Assembly: GCA_040954595.2 (NCBI GenBank)
Contig: CM082588.2
Coordinates: forward strand, 5,024,156-5,088,155
Reading direction: 5' to 3'
DNA length: 64,000 nt
Origin: Balanoglossus misakiensis
Taxonomy: Eukaryota > Animalia > Hemichordata
Positions within the stretch are counted from its first letter, which is position 1; each line of letters starts with the position of its first letter. Below, one piece after another: positions 39,001 through 51,200 of the stretch. The notes beneath the pieces are model-generated. The model searched no databases, had not been told where the DNA came from, and worked only from the letters and a program-made list of their open reading frames with translations. The position numbers and the translations under genes are program-made.

Positions 39001-40274
39001 ATAGTTGACGATGCCAGAAATATCGTGATCTCACTCAGGTGTCTCTGATCTGGCAAAACTGAAGGTGCAAACGACAACGTGCGTATTTGTCACAGAATCG
39101 ACTACAGTCTCTATAAACGATGACCTTGGCAGGCGAATATGCCTTGATTGTTCGAAATAACAAACTCATTTCACGTTTTTGCTGTTGTTAACTCAGGTTT
39201 GTGAAATTTCACAAATATTCAATTTAAAAAAACTTTTGAATGTTTCTCTAAGACTTATTCACGAACGCGTGGAACATTTTTCTTGTGCATATACTCAATG
39301 ACAAAATTTACAATATGTCAGTTCATTCGCCCGTATATTATTACAACATTTTATGTAATAATACCCACAATTTTTGCGTTTCATTTATTACAATTGCGCT
39401 TGGTGAATGATTGCCTTTAAAACCAGTCGAGCTTTTTAATTAATGAAGTTTAAGTGACTGAGTCATTCATAAAAGAAATACCTTTAATGTCTCGCCAACA
39501 GCTCGTATATCATCGATATTATTCCGAATTTTATTTTATACATCAGCTAGGCCTAATTAAATGTGTTTTGAGCAGCGAATTTATTATTTGAACCATAATA
39601 GTACATGTGTATGCACGTTTTATGCAATTTCATTTTTAATATACAATAAAGTATGACGATTCGAGGTATTTTTATGTTCCTAATAAGGTCCGATAAAGCT
39701 CCAGTACAGTGCAAAACTGGAGCAACATACGTATTTCAGCTTTCGATGTGTAGGTAGATAGGTAGCAGGGGGGGGGATAAGGGGGTATATATATTACTGG
39801 TATCCTACCTATTGTGCTAACTACCGTTAGACAGAAGAAACATGAGGCAAAGTAGTCCCAGGTATATCCACTCCTCACACTCATTCCTTGTTGAAAGGCG
39901 TGCTCCATCTCGTCTTCAAAATCTTCCATCATTTGGTTGACACGCGACGTCCAGTTGGCGTCGTTCAGACTGCAGGCGTTTCTGAAGTTCTCCAGGAGCT
40001 CCGTTCTGAGCTGGCCGACTCTGTTGATGGTCTCCTGCTGGTGGGTACTTTCCAAGACCTGAAAGACGAGCGCGCCGAGAAAGATGTAGGCGGACAGCAG
40101 AAAGTACGTGATGATGTACGGCTGCAGTGTCTTGCGACAGTACTTGGACTGCATACACCCCGGCTTCCTGTGATCGGCAGGATTATTATTATCAGGCTTC
40201 TGCAGATCAGCCGTCACACTTATTACCGTGGCTCTTCTGTCATGCAGTGTCGATATCTCATCCATTTCGCTCAT
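33070..40274 (-). CDS. Two-pore-domain (K2P) potassium channel, TWIK/TRESK (KCNK18)-like, paralogue B, 2 coding exons, ~539 aa
   Basis: Exon 1 40274-39809 (YIFLGALVFQVLE, WDYFASCFFCLTVVSTIG) splices in phase 1 to exon 2 34223-33070 (YGHMTPKTTAGR, YAVIGIP, very long acidic loop, WSFTEAIYFCTITFTTVGFGDLIP). Confidence 0.93.
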
Positions 40275-43200
40275 CAGGAAATTGACAACTTTTTTCTCTA
40301 ATATTGAAATCAATCAACCGATGTTTACGACAGTGCAGTGCGATGTACTGGAAGTCTAAAACACGCTCGAACAGTGTGGATCTGCGACAAATCCGCTAAA
40401 ATAACAGATTAAACCTTGTAAATGTACGAAGTCAGTACAACACGTTGCATTTTAAGCTTGTAATAAAACAGATCGAAAATCCCGTAGTATATGGAGGATA
40501 AGAGAATTCGCCATCTCCAGTGCACAGATTGTCGTTAAGGGAATTCACCATTTAAAGTGCACAGACTGTCAGCATCGCTCAATAATTTCCAACAGCACGT
40601 GAACCGATCCTGGCTGACGCTGGCTGGCATACGGTAGAAATTGACGTGTAACGTACTACCACCTACGATGGTGTCCCTTGCGTCAGCTGCAGTTGTTTTA
40701 AGCTCATCCGGATATTTTCGAATCAATCCACCTTACTGTCACTGCTTCTCCCGCGATTGTAAGAATAACTCAACTGTGCCCAGGGTGTGCACACACCTTC
40801 CCTTCGTATAGGATTATTGAACACGCATATCTGCCATAAACATGCTCAGGTGATGAAAACACTTAAACGTCTGTATAAACGTATGGACGTGTACGCATGT
40901 CGCGTCAACGCGCACTGTCCACGGTAGATAATATATTCATATCCTTTATTATGCAAATTCATTCATTGCAACGTAAATGGCTTTGATGAAATATGGAATA
41001 ACTATTACCACATCGTGGTCTATCTGTTGATTTAATGAATTAATTTCTCCAACAGTATTTTTTATTTCCTGTTGGTTAAAATTTGAAATGACAAACCGCG
41101 TTTTATCACAGTACACAATTCAAAACATGGTCTCCAATTTAACACCTGCGCATGGCAGCATCTCCATCACTTGCCAGATGAAAGTAATTTTCAGACAAAT
41201 TGTTCAAATCGAAAAGGTCAGTCCGTTGTGTATATTTGACAAAGTAGATGACCGTGAAAATAAGTCTATTAAGGGATAATGGTTTAATGCACTGAGGACG
41301 TTCAACAGTTGGCAGTACAAATGTTATCGGGCGATAATAACGTTGCATAACTGTATCGGAAAACGTAAGTATAATAATCAAATCACCCTTAGCTTTATGT
41401 ATGTATGTATTTATTTATTACTTTATATTTAAAGTCGTCTTTTCAACACATTTAAATGCCATGCATGTAATTCTGAAAATAAATGTGTTCACATGGACAT
41501 TCAGCTATGATCCTGCCCAGTAACATGCATTATGCGTATGTGTAATTGTAATATGACAATTGTCAAATAAATACTGGTATATGGTATTCTTAAAAGTAAA
41601 CAAAAAACATAATTATGTATCAATACTCTACTGTAAAACAGGAAATTTTCGCAACAGGAAATTTTCATGATATCAACAGAGGTAACTATTCCGCAACGAT
41701 TAATTTTCACATTCTCTTTATCTCTGAATAACATTCTATTGTACATTGTTCTTTCACGACTATTTATTATCACATTTTTCTAAATTTATCATTCATGTAT
41801 GCCTGCATTTGTGTCAGTATCTCTGTGTGTTCGCATAACAAGGTACATATACATATGGGTGTACAGGTAAGTGTCTGTGTGAGCTTATGATCAAAGGTAT
41901 AGAAGAAACCATGAATCCAATTCACACAATCACATATTACCTGACACAGCAATGGTGTAATATCAAAACATTGGTTTATTCACTTTTTACAAAAAAACAT
42001 ATATACATTGCTAAACCATTAAAATATAAACTACCAGTCGTGTCATATTAAAAAGCACATGCATTGTTAACTATCAGTGTACTGCTATATGTTGACATCT
42101 TTATACAAAATAAAAGTTTATTTCTAAAAATGGAACTGACTTCTCAATGGGATTCAATTTGTTTTAATTATATAAAAAATAATACAATCTCATTACTATG
42201 AATATATTTAACATTCTTATATCTAATATATATGTAATATGCACTATATTCTTTCCAACATGTGACATTAATTGGCATGTTCACAACTCAGCCAACCCGT
42301 CAGATATTTATTTGCATATTTCAAGGCAGACTTCTGATTATATAACTAATTTACATATTTACAACTGAATCTAAAGAACAACAGAGGGTTTGTTCATCAT
42401 GAAAAATTTCCTGAGTAGCAAATTAAAAGATGTGCTAATCACTTTTTCACCAGTGCGGTATGCCATGAGAAAAACTGGAACAGTATGATACTCATTAGAT
42501 TCAGAACAAACACCAATTTCTCCACTATCTTGCCTAAACTAAGCACAAATTTGCATGACCATTTAAAGCTGATATTTGTGTTAAAATGAAAATGTTAATA
42601 TTCTATTTCATCCATTTAAAAGGTCTCAGAGGATTAACAGTGTTTTTTTTTTGTAAGCATCAATGATTTCCTCACTGAGGGGACTTCCACTCCACAATAC
42701 AACAATGGCTGGTTCACTTATTTTGAACTATTCTGCGTTCTCATGTAGATGTTTATGTTCATGAGAATTATTTTATTATTTATCGATATTCCCTTAGAAT
42801 AATTTATTTAACATGGAAAATGTTATAATTTCCATACTGCACTTGTGGTCTCTTTGGGGACAAGAACTGACGTCCATGTCTGAATAATAAGAGTCAAAAT
42901 CAGAAAGGTGCTGGTGTACCGGGAAAAAAATGCTGGTAGTTTAAACATGTAGAATTACAATTTGAACAATCGGAGGAAATGAATTTTACCAAGTTGAATG
43001 GCGATTAACATAATAGGGTGTTGCATACTCAAGCTGTGAAGATGAATTTTGAAAAGTTCACGTTTTGCATATAGTTCATGGATTTTACCGTCTATGTACC
43101 AGTAACCCTGAGCTATTGTATATAAGTGGGAATCTCTTTGACACAAAATGTAGTTTACAGGATCTCGTAGTGTCTTCCTCTTTCGTGACAGAATATTTCC

Positions 43201-45213
43201 CCTACAAGTAGTTTGATCAGCGACTAACTTGTCATCACTTCCATTTGAATTTATATTGACCCGGCATCGCCAATCACGTGAGAGTTTACAACAAAACTTG
43301 ACATTGAGAGAGGATTTGACACCCTCTTGATAAACGGTCTTAGCAGTTCATTATGTCAAATATCCACGAAGACAGCACTCGCCTCAAAAATTGAAGTCTT
43401 AAACCTGTTTCTCATGTTTTTGCTTAAGATAATTTTTAGATCATTTTCTTTTAAAATTGAGAATAAACATAGGGGTTACCATTCAAAATTTTAAATGCGA
43501 CAGCAACATTTGAAATCCAAACTGGCTGCCAATCTCTGTGTATGTATTAACTCTATGGAGAAAATTCTAAATCAGCGTATTTTATGAAAACAAAGAATAA
43601 AAATTTCATGCCCTTTCATTATCTGTATTAATTCCTGTCTATTTTTTCAGTATTTTGTTCTGTACATCAACAGCAGTAATTGTCCAAGTCTGAAATGACA
43701 AGTATTTAACTTATAGTATTGGTATAAGTTGCTGATTTGAATTTGTTGACATTAACATGGTTCATATTGGCGCACATCTAGGGAAATTGAAAAGCAGAAT
43801 ACAAGGTATTATACTGGCATGTTATCGGGAGAAGACCAAGACAATTACATGGATACACATAACAAAGACATTTAAAGCTGGTAAAATGTGATATCTACTC
43901 TCCCTTTCAATTTAATGTTCATTGTACCAGTATTGATTGATGTGAAGTCTATAAAATGTACATGTAATTTAAAGGCAATTTACTGAATTGCCTCAAATTA
44001 CCCAGAGGTCTTGTACTAAAGTTAAATTTAGCAACAACTGATTAATATGAAAACCCAAAAGATGAAGCCGCTTTTGTAATCAAAATATAAAAGATTGATA
44101 CATGTACTGGTACAGGTACATGTACAAACGTTTTACCAGTCTTTGAAAATGAGAATGACTGTCGACAATTTTAAAAGGTATGGTCAAATCGCCATTTAGA
44201 AGAATTAATCAGGATAAAGCAAGCCTCTACCTTCTCTAGTATGGATAATCATTTTGTATTATATTGTCCATATGGAAATAACAAACCATAAATCATGCCA
44301 CATCTGTATGGTCGTCATATTTATGACTGGTTCAAGACTACACTTTCCAGCAGCTGACAATAAACAAATATAATCAGATTATTGATAATTTAGTACTGTT
44401 TCCACCAGCCTAAAGGTACATGTGATAACTGATGGCAAATAGCTAAATACAGGTGTCAACAGTATGCCTTTTAAGGTGGATCAGCTCGACAATTGCATTG
44501 CCTTTAATGTGTTCATACATGCATAATGTTGTCTGTGATTCTCAGCTCGACAATATTTTGTCTGGTTGTCACAACAAAATAAATAAACTGAACTATATGC
44601 ATGTACTTTTGATTTACCAGCCTCTGAAATTCAAAATGATTGCCAATGAAGTTCATTAATTGTATACAAACAGATTTAATGCTTTAACTGAAATTTTCCA
44701 ACTGGATCAAATTGTCAGATTAAAGAGAAATTACGTAGTTTTGTTGGTTTTTGTTGGTATTGTTTAATGCCTCTTGTATGTAAACCCTTTGCAGTCTGTC
44801 TGGTGTTACCCGGTACATTTGGAAAAATTAAAGCAAGGTCTGATACATAAAGTGACAATCATTTTGGCGTCTAAATACTGAAGAAAAAGACCAGAATGTT
44901 TTATAAAATATACACATGGTAAAATCAAAATAGATGACCAAACAATGCTACAAAGAATGAAAACGATGAAAAGTACCTCTGTAAAAAAACACTTTGTTTT
45001 CATGTGATACAAACACATGCTCGTTTTGAATAATAAATGTTTGAATAAATAGGCAAATAATGCATGGTTCTGTGGACTGAAGGACTGCGCCACAGATGTC
45101 ATGAATGTCATGGTTGTGTAAAAATAAAACATCGTAAATGAAAACAAATATGTACATGTATAGAAATGTAACTGTTTACACACATCATTGGAGCCAGGGT
45201 GTGAATCAGCTCC

Positions 45214-48200
45214 TCAGTAGTTGTCCGTTTCCGTCATTACTTTGACACATACCGGCTGTATTCCGTGCTTGCACCAGAGACAGAGGTAGCCGGGAATGGG
45301 GCCGTGGGGTCCACCTCCCGGGAATATCTTCCTGCAGATGCAGCATATCTCGCACGAGGGCGGTGACCGCGGCATGTGGAACTGGCACAGGTAAGCTGTG
45401 TCAGAAAGTGGAGGAAAAACAATATAAGGTTTCAGAAAAACAATTTAGATAAAAGGAAATAGAGGGTAAGCAGACATAAAGCCACTGATTGATGGAACTT
45501 TGTCACAGGCATATAGCCACTCTACCAGTTGACTCCAATGCACTCATAATATTTGTAATGGCAATTACCAATCATAGAGACCCCCTTCTCTTGTGCATGA
45601 ATTTATCAGCAATATTACAAAATAGAAGTAACATCATAAAGAATTTAGTGTTGGGTCTATATGTGGGCATAGTTCATGATACTGTTTGCAGTAGGAAAGA
45701 TATGCCACAATGCCGAATTTCCTGTGTTGTCTTTCAGTTCCAACATGTACCATGAGACTTCTCCAATCTCAGGTGCTCGCAGAACACTTCAGATTTTATA
45801 AGTATGTGTGCGACATTTTATTTCAAAGCAGACCTACTTGCAGAAGTGTTTGAGTGACAGCGACATGCAAATCACCAACATCATTCGAAGAAATCACCCT
45901 TATAATTTAACTAGAAATGACATCACAGTTCCATGCATGAAAAGCAAGGTGCAAAATTATACACTCTTGAAAAGGGATAAAGTATGATTTACATGAGACA
46001 TCAATGATAAACACTACCAGTACAGTACACCCTGTTCACAATAAACAACATGTTCCATGTTCAAGTGTGAATGTCACAGAAACTGCCTTGGAGACACAGA
46101 AACAGCATTTTTACAGAATACACATTATTAGCAAACTGGCCATGTTTGAAATCTTCACAGTAATGATTTGAATATCAGCAACAGCGAATGTATCCAGAAA
46201 GGTGTCAAATTCAAGGTTGAAGGTTCCTGAGGCTCACACCTTTATAAGAACTGCAAAAATCTTTTAAATCTCCTAATCCTTTAATACTATGGATCATGTT
46301 ACATGTTAGTTCATTAGACAAATGTGAAAAATAGAATATGACTGTATAATGCTGTTTTTTCTCAGTTTGCATTTTAATGTGGTGAATGTATCATCAGTAT
46401 TGATTAAATTGCGACCAGTTTCTTCTGAGTTCACATGTCACACTGTGATTCTAACCTGGTATTAAAAGAGGGTTCGTTTTTCTCACTTGACAAATGTACA
46501 GAATAATGAACAACCCTTGAACTTTTGAACTCTAAAAACAGGCTACAAAAACACCATACATACAGACGCAACCGATCCCATAAGGAATGCCTGGCAGCTT
46601 ACCTATATTTTCCTCTTTCTTGAAATGTACAAAGTTACCACAGAGAACACAGGAATCTTTGTTTTGTATCGGGCTAACACTGAAAGCACCTCGTTTCATC
46701 TGACAGAAATGACACATCATCAACTTTCTACCCATGCCAGCCTTGGGATTCATGATGACTCTCTTACATCGATATTCCTGTTGGAAAAAGAAACATGTTG
46801 AATTACTCAGTTATTCAAAACCACATGTATGATAGTTTTGCATGTATGGAGGTGTTCATCTAAATCGTAATAGTTAATCTTGCTTCATACATGTACAGTA
46901 CATGCAAAATATTAGGGTTTGACCAACACTGTGATCACATTATCCACTGGCTCCCAGAGTACTCTAAATGATACTGTCTTTCCTGTGTGCTTCACCTCAC
47001 CTTTATTATTCGCGATCTGACACCAACACTAATCTGCTTGGCTCGGGCATCCGTCTGCAGGAAGTCCATCAGCCGCTGGATTTTTCCGGCTCGCTGCAGC
47101 TGATACGGCAGCTCACGGGGGGCTGCTGCAGCGCCACTTTCATGGTACTGATAGAAGTCGGCTAACTGCAGATGGACTGCTTGCTTCTGTTTATCGTCCC
47201 TCACCCATGCGCTCTTCACAGCCTGTGTGTTGTATGGGACAGACAGTATAAGTGAGTGACAGACAGGTAGACACTATTACAGGCAAAGAAATTCTCTTAA
47301 TTAAACGAAAAAGATTCTGTTGACACCAATCAAACATGCGACCATGAATATGGCTGATAAATGATAAAAAGGGGCTACGTCAGCATTGTTTCACCAATGG
47401 TTTTACTATAAATAAAAACATTATCATTAAAGGTATACAGTCACCTCCAATTTACATACACCCATATATGGCTGAAATGGCGTATTTAAGCGTTTAGCTC
47501 TTTTTATCGCGTGAGCCACCCACTGAAAATCTGTGATTGGCTAGATCTCAATTTGCCATGGTAACTATATCTAATTTTCCATAGGTGACCATACACCTTT
47601 AAAGCTTATCCCACAATTAAGCACAGGGATATTTTTACACAACCATTGAATTGAATTATTTTTGAGTGACCTTTGAGCAAAAATGTCATGAAATCAACAA
47701 TTCTCACTGAAATCCTATGGGAAGAGACAAATTTGACAATTTCATTGTGTGCGCATGTACATCCTTAAGAATGGATGATGCTGCAACAAACAGTTGGATA
47801 TGGCAAAAGGCTGTGTTACCATGGCGATAGCAAATCTTTGCAATAACAATGTACATGTACAGCTAATACAGGGCATGAATTCAATGATGAATTCAAAAGA
47901 TTAGCTACCGGTAATATTGAAGTGATGAAAAAGGGTTTTCTAGACATGTACAGGTCTTGAGAGTTTTAAATCACTCATAATTTATAGAGGACAAGTCAGC
48001 AGTACTAAACCAGCCTATCGTACCTTGGCAATGGCTTGATGGAAGAAATCTAACCTCTCCACGTTTCCGACCAGGCCAATGTTACGCAGGAAGGGTCTGA
48101 GGGTTCTGCGCACCTGGCCCCAGATCAGCATGGGGAGAACTGTGCCACTCTCCGCGTCACCCAGAAGCATCTGCAGCTCTGTCTCAGGAAGACCGGCTTG

Positions 48201-51200
48201 GGAACAATAGATTAGACACAGGGTCTGAAAAGGAACCGGTTGGAAATACAGTCAGACCACTGTTGGTGCATGGTCACCTCTTGTGGAAAATGTCTATATA
48301 TACAGTAGTAGTCATTTCGTTTAGTCCTTGTGTAATATACATTGTGCATTTAGATTGACCTGTCTATGAAGGCCAGCATCTGTCTGTATAAGGGTCAGTT
48401 TTGGAAAAACCTTGACTACATGCAGCTGCTATAGAAAGGTTTGATTGCAGATTACTTTCAAGCTTTTTCACTTGCTGGTCTGTCTTGAAAGATATAACAA
48501 AGTTAAGCTGTGATTGAGTCCTTCAAGGCATGTTTCACAGCTGTTCCAATTTTTCTGTTTGACCAGCTCATACTATTGTCTGTGCTGATATACCCGACAT
48601 TTCCCTTCTACAAACCTTCTCAATGCACTGGGAATCATCCTCTCGCACCAGTCTGTCCAGAATCTCGGCCAGCAGTGCATCTAAATCTTCCGGCAGGGAT
48701 TTGATGCGGTCGGTGACTTTCTCGAAAACTCCAAAAATCCGGAGCTCCTCGCAGGAGAGTGTCAGCCACAGTGCATTCTGGGCACCGTTTGATTTTGTCA
48801 GCAAAGCCAACTGGTGTGGATCAAGTCTCTGAAGCAAAAAAGGGGATATATAAGCATTAAGGTACTATGTACCCTGAAAATTAAAGTCGTAAAGCCCCAA
48901 TAGCTGCCACTTTTACTATATATTTTAATCGATAAAATACTCTGTGGATAATTTTCATGTGTTCATGGTTCTGCGTAAACACAGTGGCCTGATAACCACT
49001 GGAATTTTATCTAATTTTCATTCCCTGCAGAGAAGTCTGGCATTTGGTCACCGCCCACCTTATTGAACCTTCCCAGGTAGTGCTGTACGATGTCTATCCT
49101 TGTGGAGGTGTTCAACTGACCGATGGCAAGTTCGTACGGCTGCGGAGTGAAGTCTCGCAACACAGGGAGGGCCTTTGCATTCTCAACAATGCTGAGGAGG
49201 CATCGAATGCTGTGTCCGGAGATTCCAGGGGGAAACCAGTTGAGATGAGAAATGTTGTAGTCATCCGTCAGCTGAAAAATACAAAGTTTGAAGAGTCATT
49301 TGTAATTGTATGAAAAGAAAATGGTGAACACTATCTTTCCTTCTTTATTCTTGAAAAAACTCCTTGCACACTGTAATATGTCTGCAGTGAATTGAAAGGT
49401 TTAGGAGAACTACCATTTTTCGATATCAATCCCCAAGGCACACTCTACCTTAAAGTGAAAGTAATATCAAAGGATTTAACACATTACTATCATCAGCAAG
49501 ACTCTTACACAACTGCACATTCAGAATATTACTAGTCCAGTGTATATGATCCTGCATTTCAAGCTCAGACACAGACTTCTGTTTTATAGAGATAATGTAA
49601 GTTATACCAGTACATACATGCATACATGTAAAAAGTGGGCCGAGATAAAAACTACAATGCAATGATTTTTGTGTGTTCAATTATATGGTGGATACTCAAG
49701 GGAAATCATACCTGATTGACAGCGTCTACGACAATAAGCAGCTGTTCTAACATGGAAGATTTCTCTTTCAATAATTGATGCAACAATTTGACAGTTTCCT
49801 CCGAGGAATATTCCTCTTTTAGTCTTGGTCGCCTTTCGTCTGTAAAAGATTACAGCACATATTAGCGACAATGTACAGAAGTCTCTGACCCTTTTCACCA
49901 ATCCTGTGCGTGTTTTGACTCGGTTCTTGTGTGAAAATGCTAGAAAAGTTTTATGCTTCCACCCCTGTTTCCCTGTGTAAGGGTCCAAATTTAACCTTAG
50001 AAAATGACAGGCTTGGACCTAGCCACAGTGCAGAAGGGTTAAAAGAGAAAGCGCTTGATACACTTTCACACCTGGCTTGTAAATTTCTCTTTCCCCTATG
50101 TACTGCTCTTTGCAGGATCAAAGGGTGACAATTTTGTGTGCTGTTTGCCAATAGGCCCATCCAAGAGAAGCATTTACAATAGCAGACCAATTATCAAGAT
50201 GTATCTTCGAGCAAGATTGTTGTTGTCATAGTAACACGTCTACACATACTAGGCATTTACATTGTCTCCTTGAAGCTCCCACTGGAAAAGAATTCAGTGG
50301 ATCTGTTCACGTCAAATTGGTCTCATTCAACAAACCCAGATATCAGATAGTTACTGGCAATAAAAGCTTATCTACCGGTACACAGCATTTGGAATCACTC
50401 AGATACCACTTTTTTCAAATTACACGAGTTCATGAAATTTTTATCAGTTATTACTAAAATGACAAAAAAATGAATCTTTCATTTTATTTCGTTTCAAGAC
50501 TATAAGCCTTACACAGCCCACTGCAATTGAACCGATCACATTTCAACTAACAGCAGACTAATTTTATGAAAATTGATTTTCATGCATTCTAGTACATCAG
50601 TAATACCCGTCTCTTAGCAACCTGCAACATCCACGACTTCCTGAACAGGAAATGAAAGAAAGAGATCCAACAAGTTGGGAGTCCGCCCAATTAGGAAGTC
50701 GGACCAATTACGATGAAAACGGTTTCAGCTGCACAGAATATACGTACGACCGTTGATTTTTTCATCACTCCAGTTAATGAGGAACAAAATGACTGGGCTA
50801 AGTGCAAATTACACTGGCCTAACCCCACAACTATTACTGAAGAGTAGAAGAAGTGCAGTGTCTTGCGCATCAAAGACACAAAACCACTGACAATACTGAA
50901 GCTTCACGCCACTATCCTTTAATCGCCATCTCATGTACTCCAGCCACTATGCCATATGATGCCTTCCATTGGATATTTGTTACTTATTTTCTTTACTTAT
51001 CCCTTCATTTTGAAGTTTTAAATGATTATCCAGTATGTGCAAAAAAAGACAGCAAACTTGCAAGATACCGACTGTACTTAAATTGATGGCCTGCATTTTA
51101 TCCCGTGTCTGGGTTCTGATTTGGCTAATTCCTACCGAATCTGCAGTCTGAATGAATTGAACAAGCACCCACAGGGTTGACCTTCTTATATGGGAACAGT

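Noticed and set aside
31064-43600. Scattered GGCGGCCATTTTG-like and TACTGTAAAAC-like fragments (e.g. ~31064, ~32057, ~35385, ~41627, ~43510)
   Set aside because: Probably decayed DNA-transposon pieces, but paired termini and boundaries could not be defined by eye.
45206-45422. The two ORF-track frames for the last STAND exon
   Set aside because: The phase-1 donor at 46603 and acceptor at 45395 select the third frame (AYLCQFH...TDNY*, stop at 45214).
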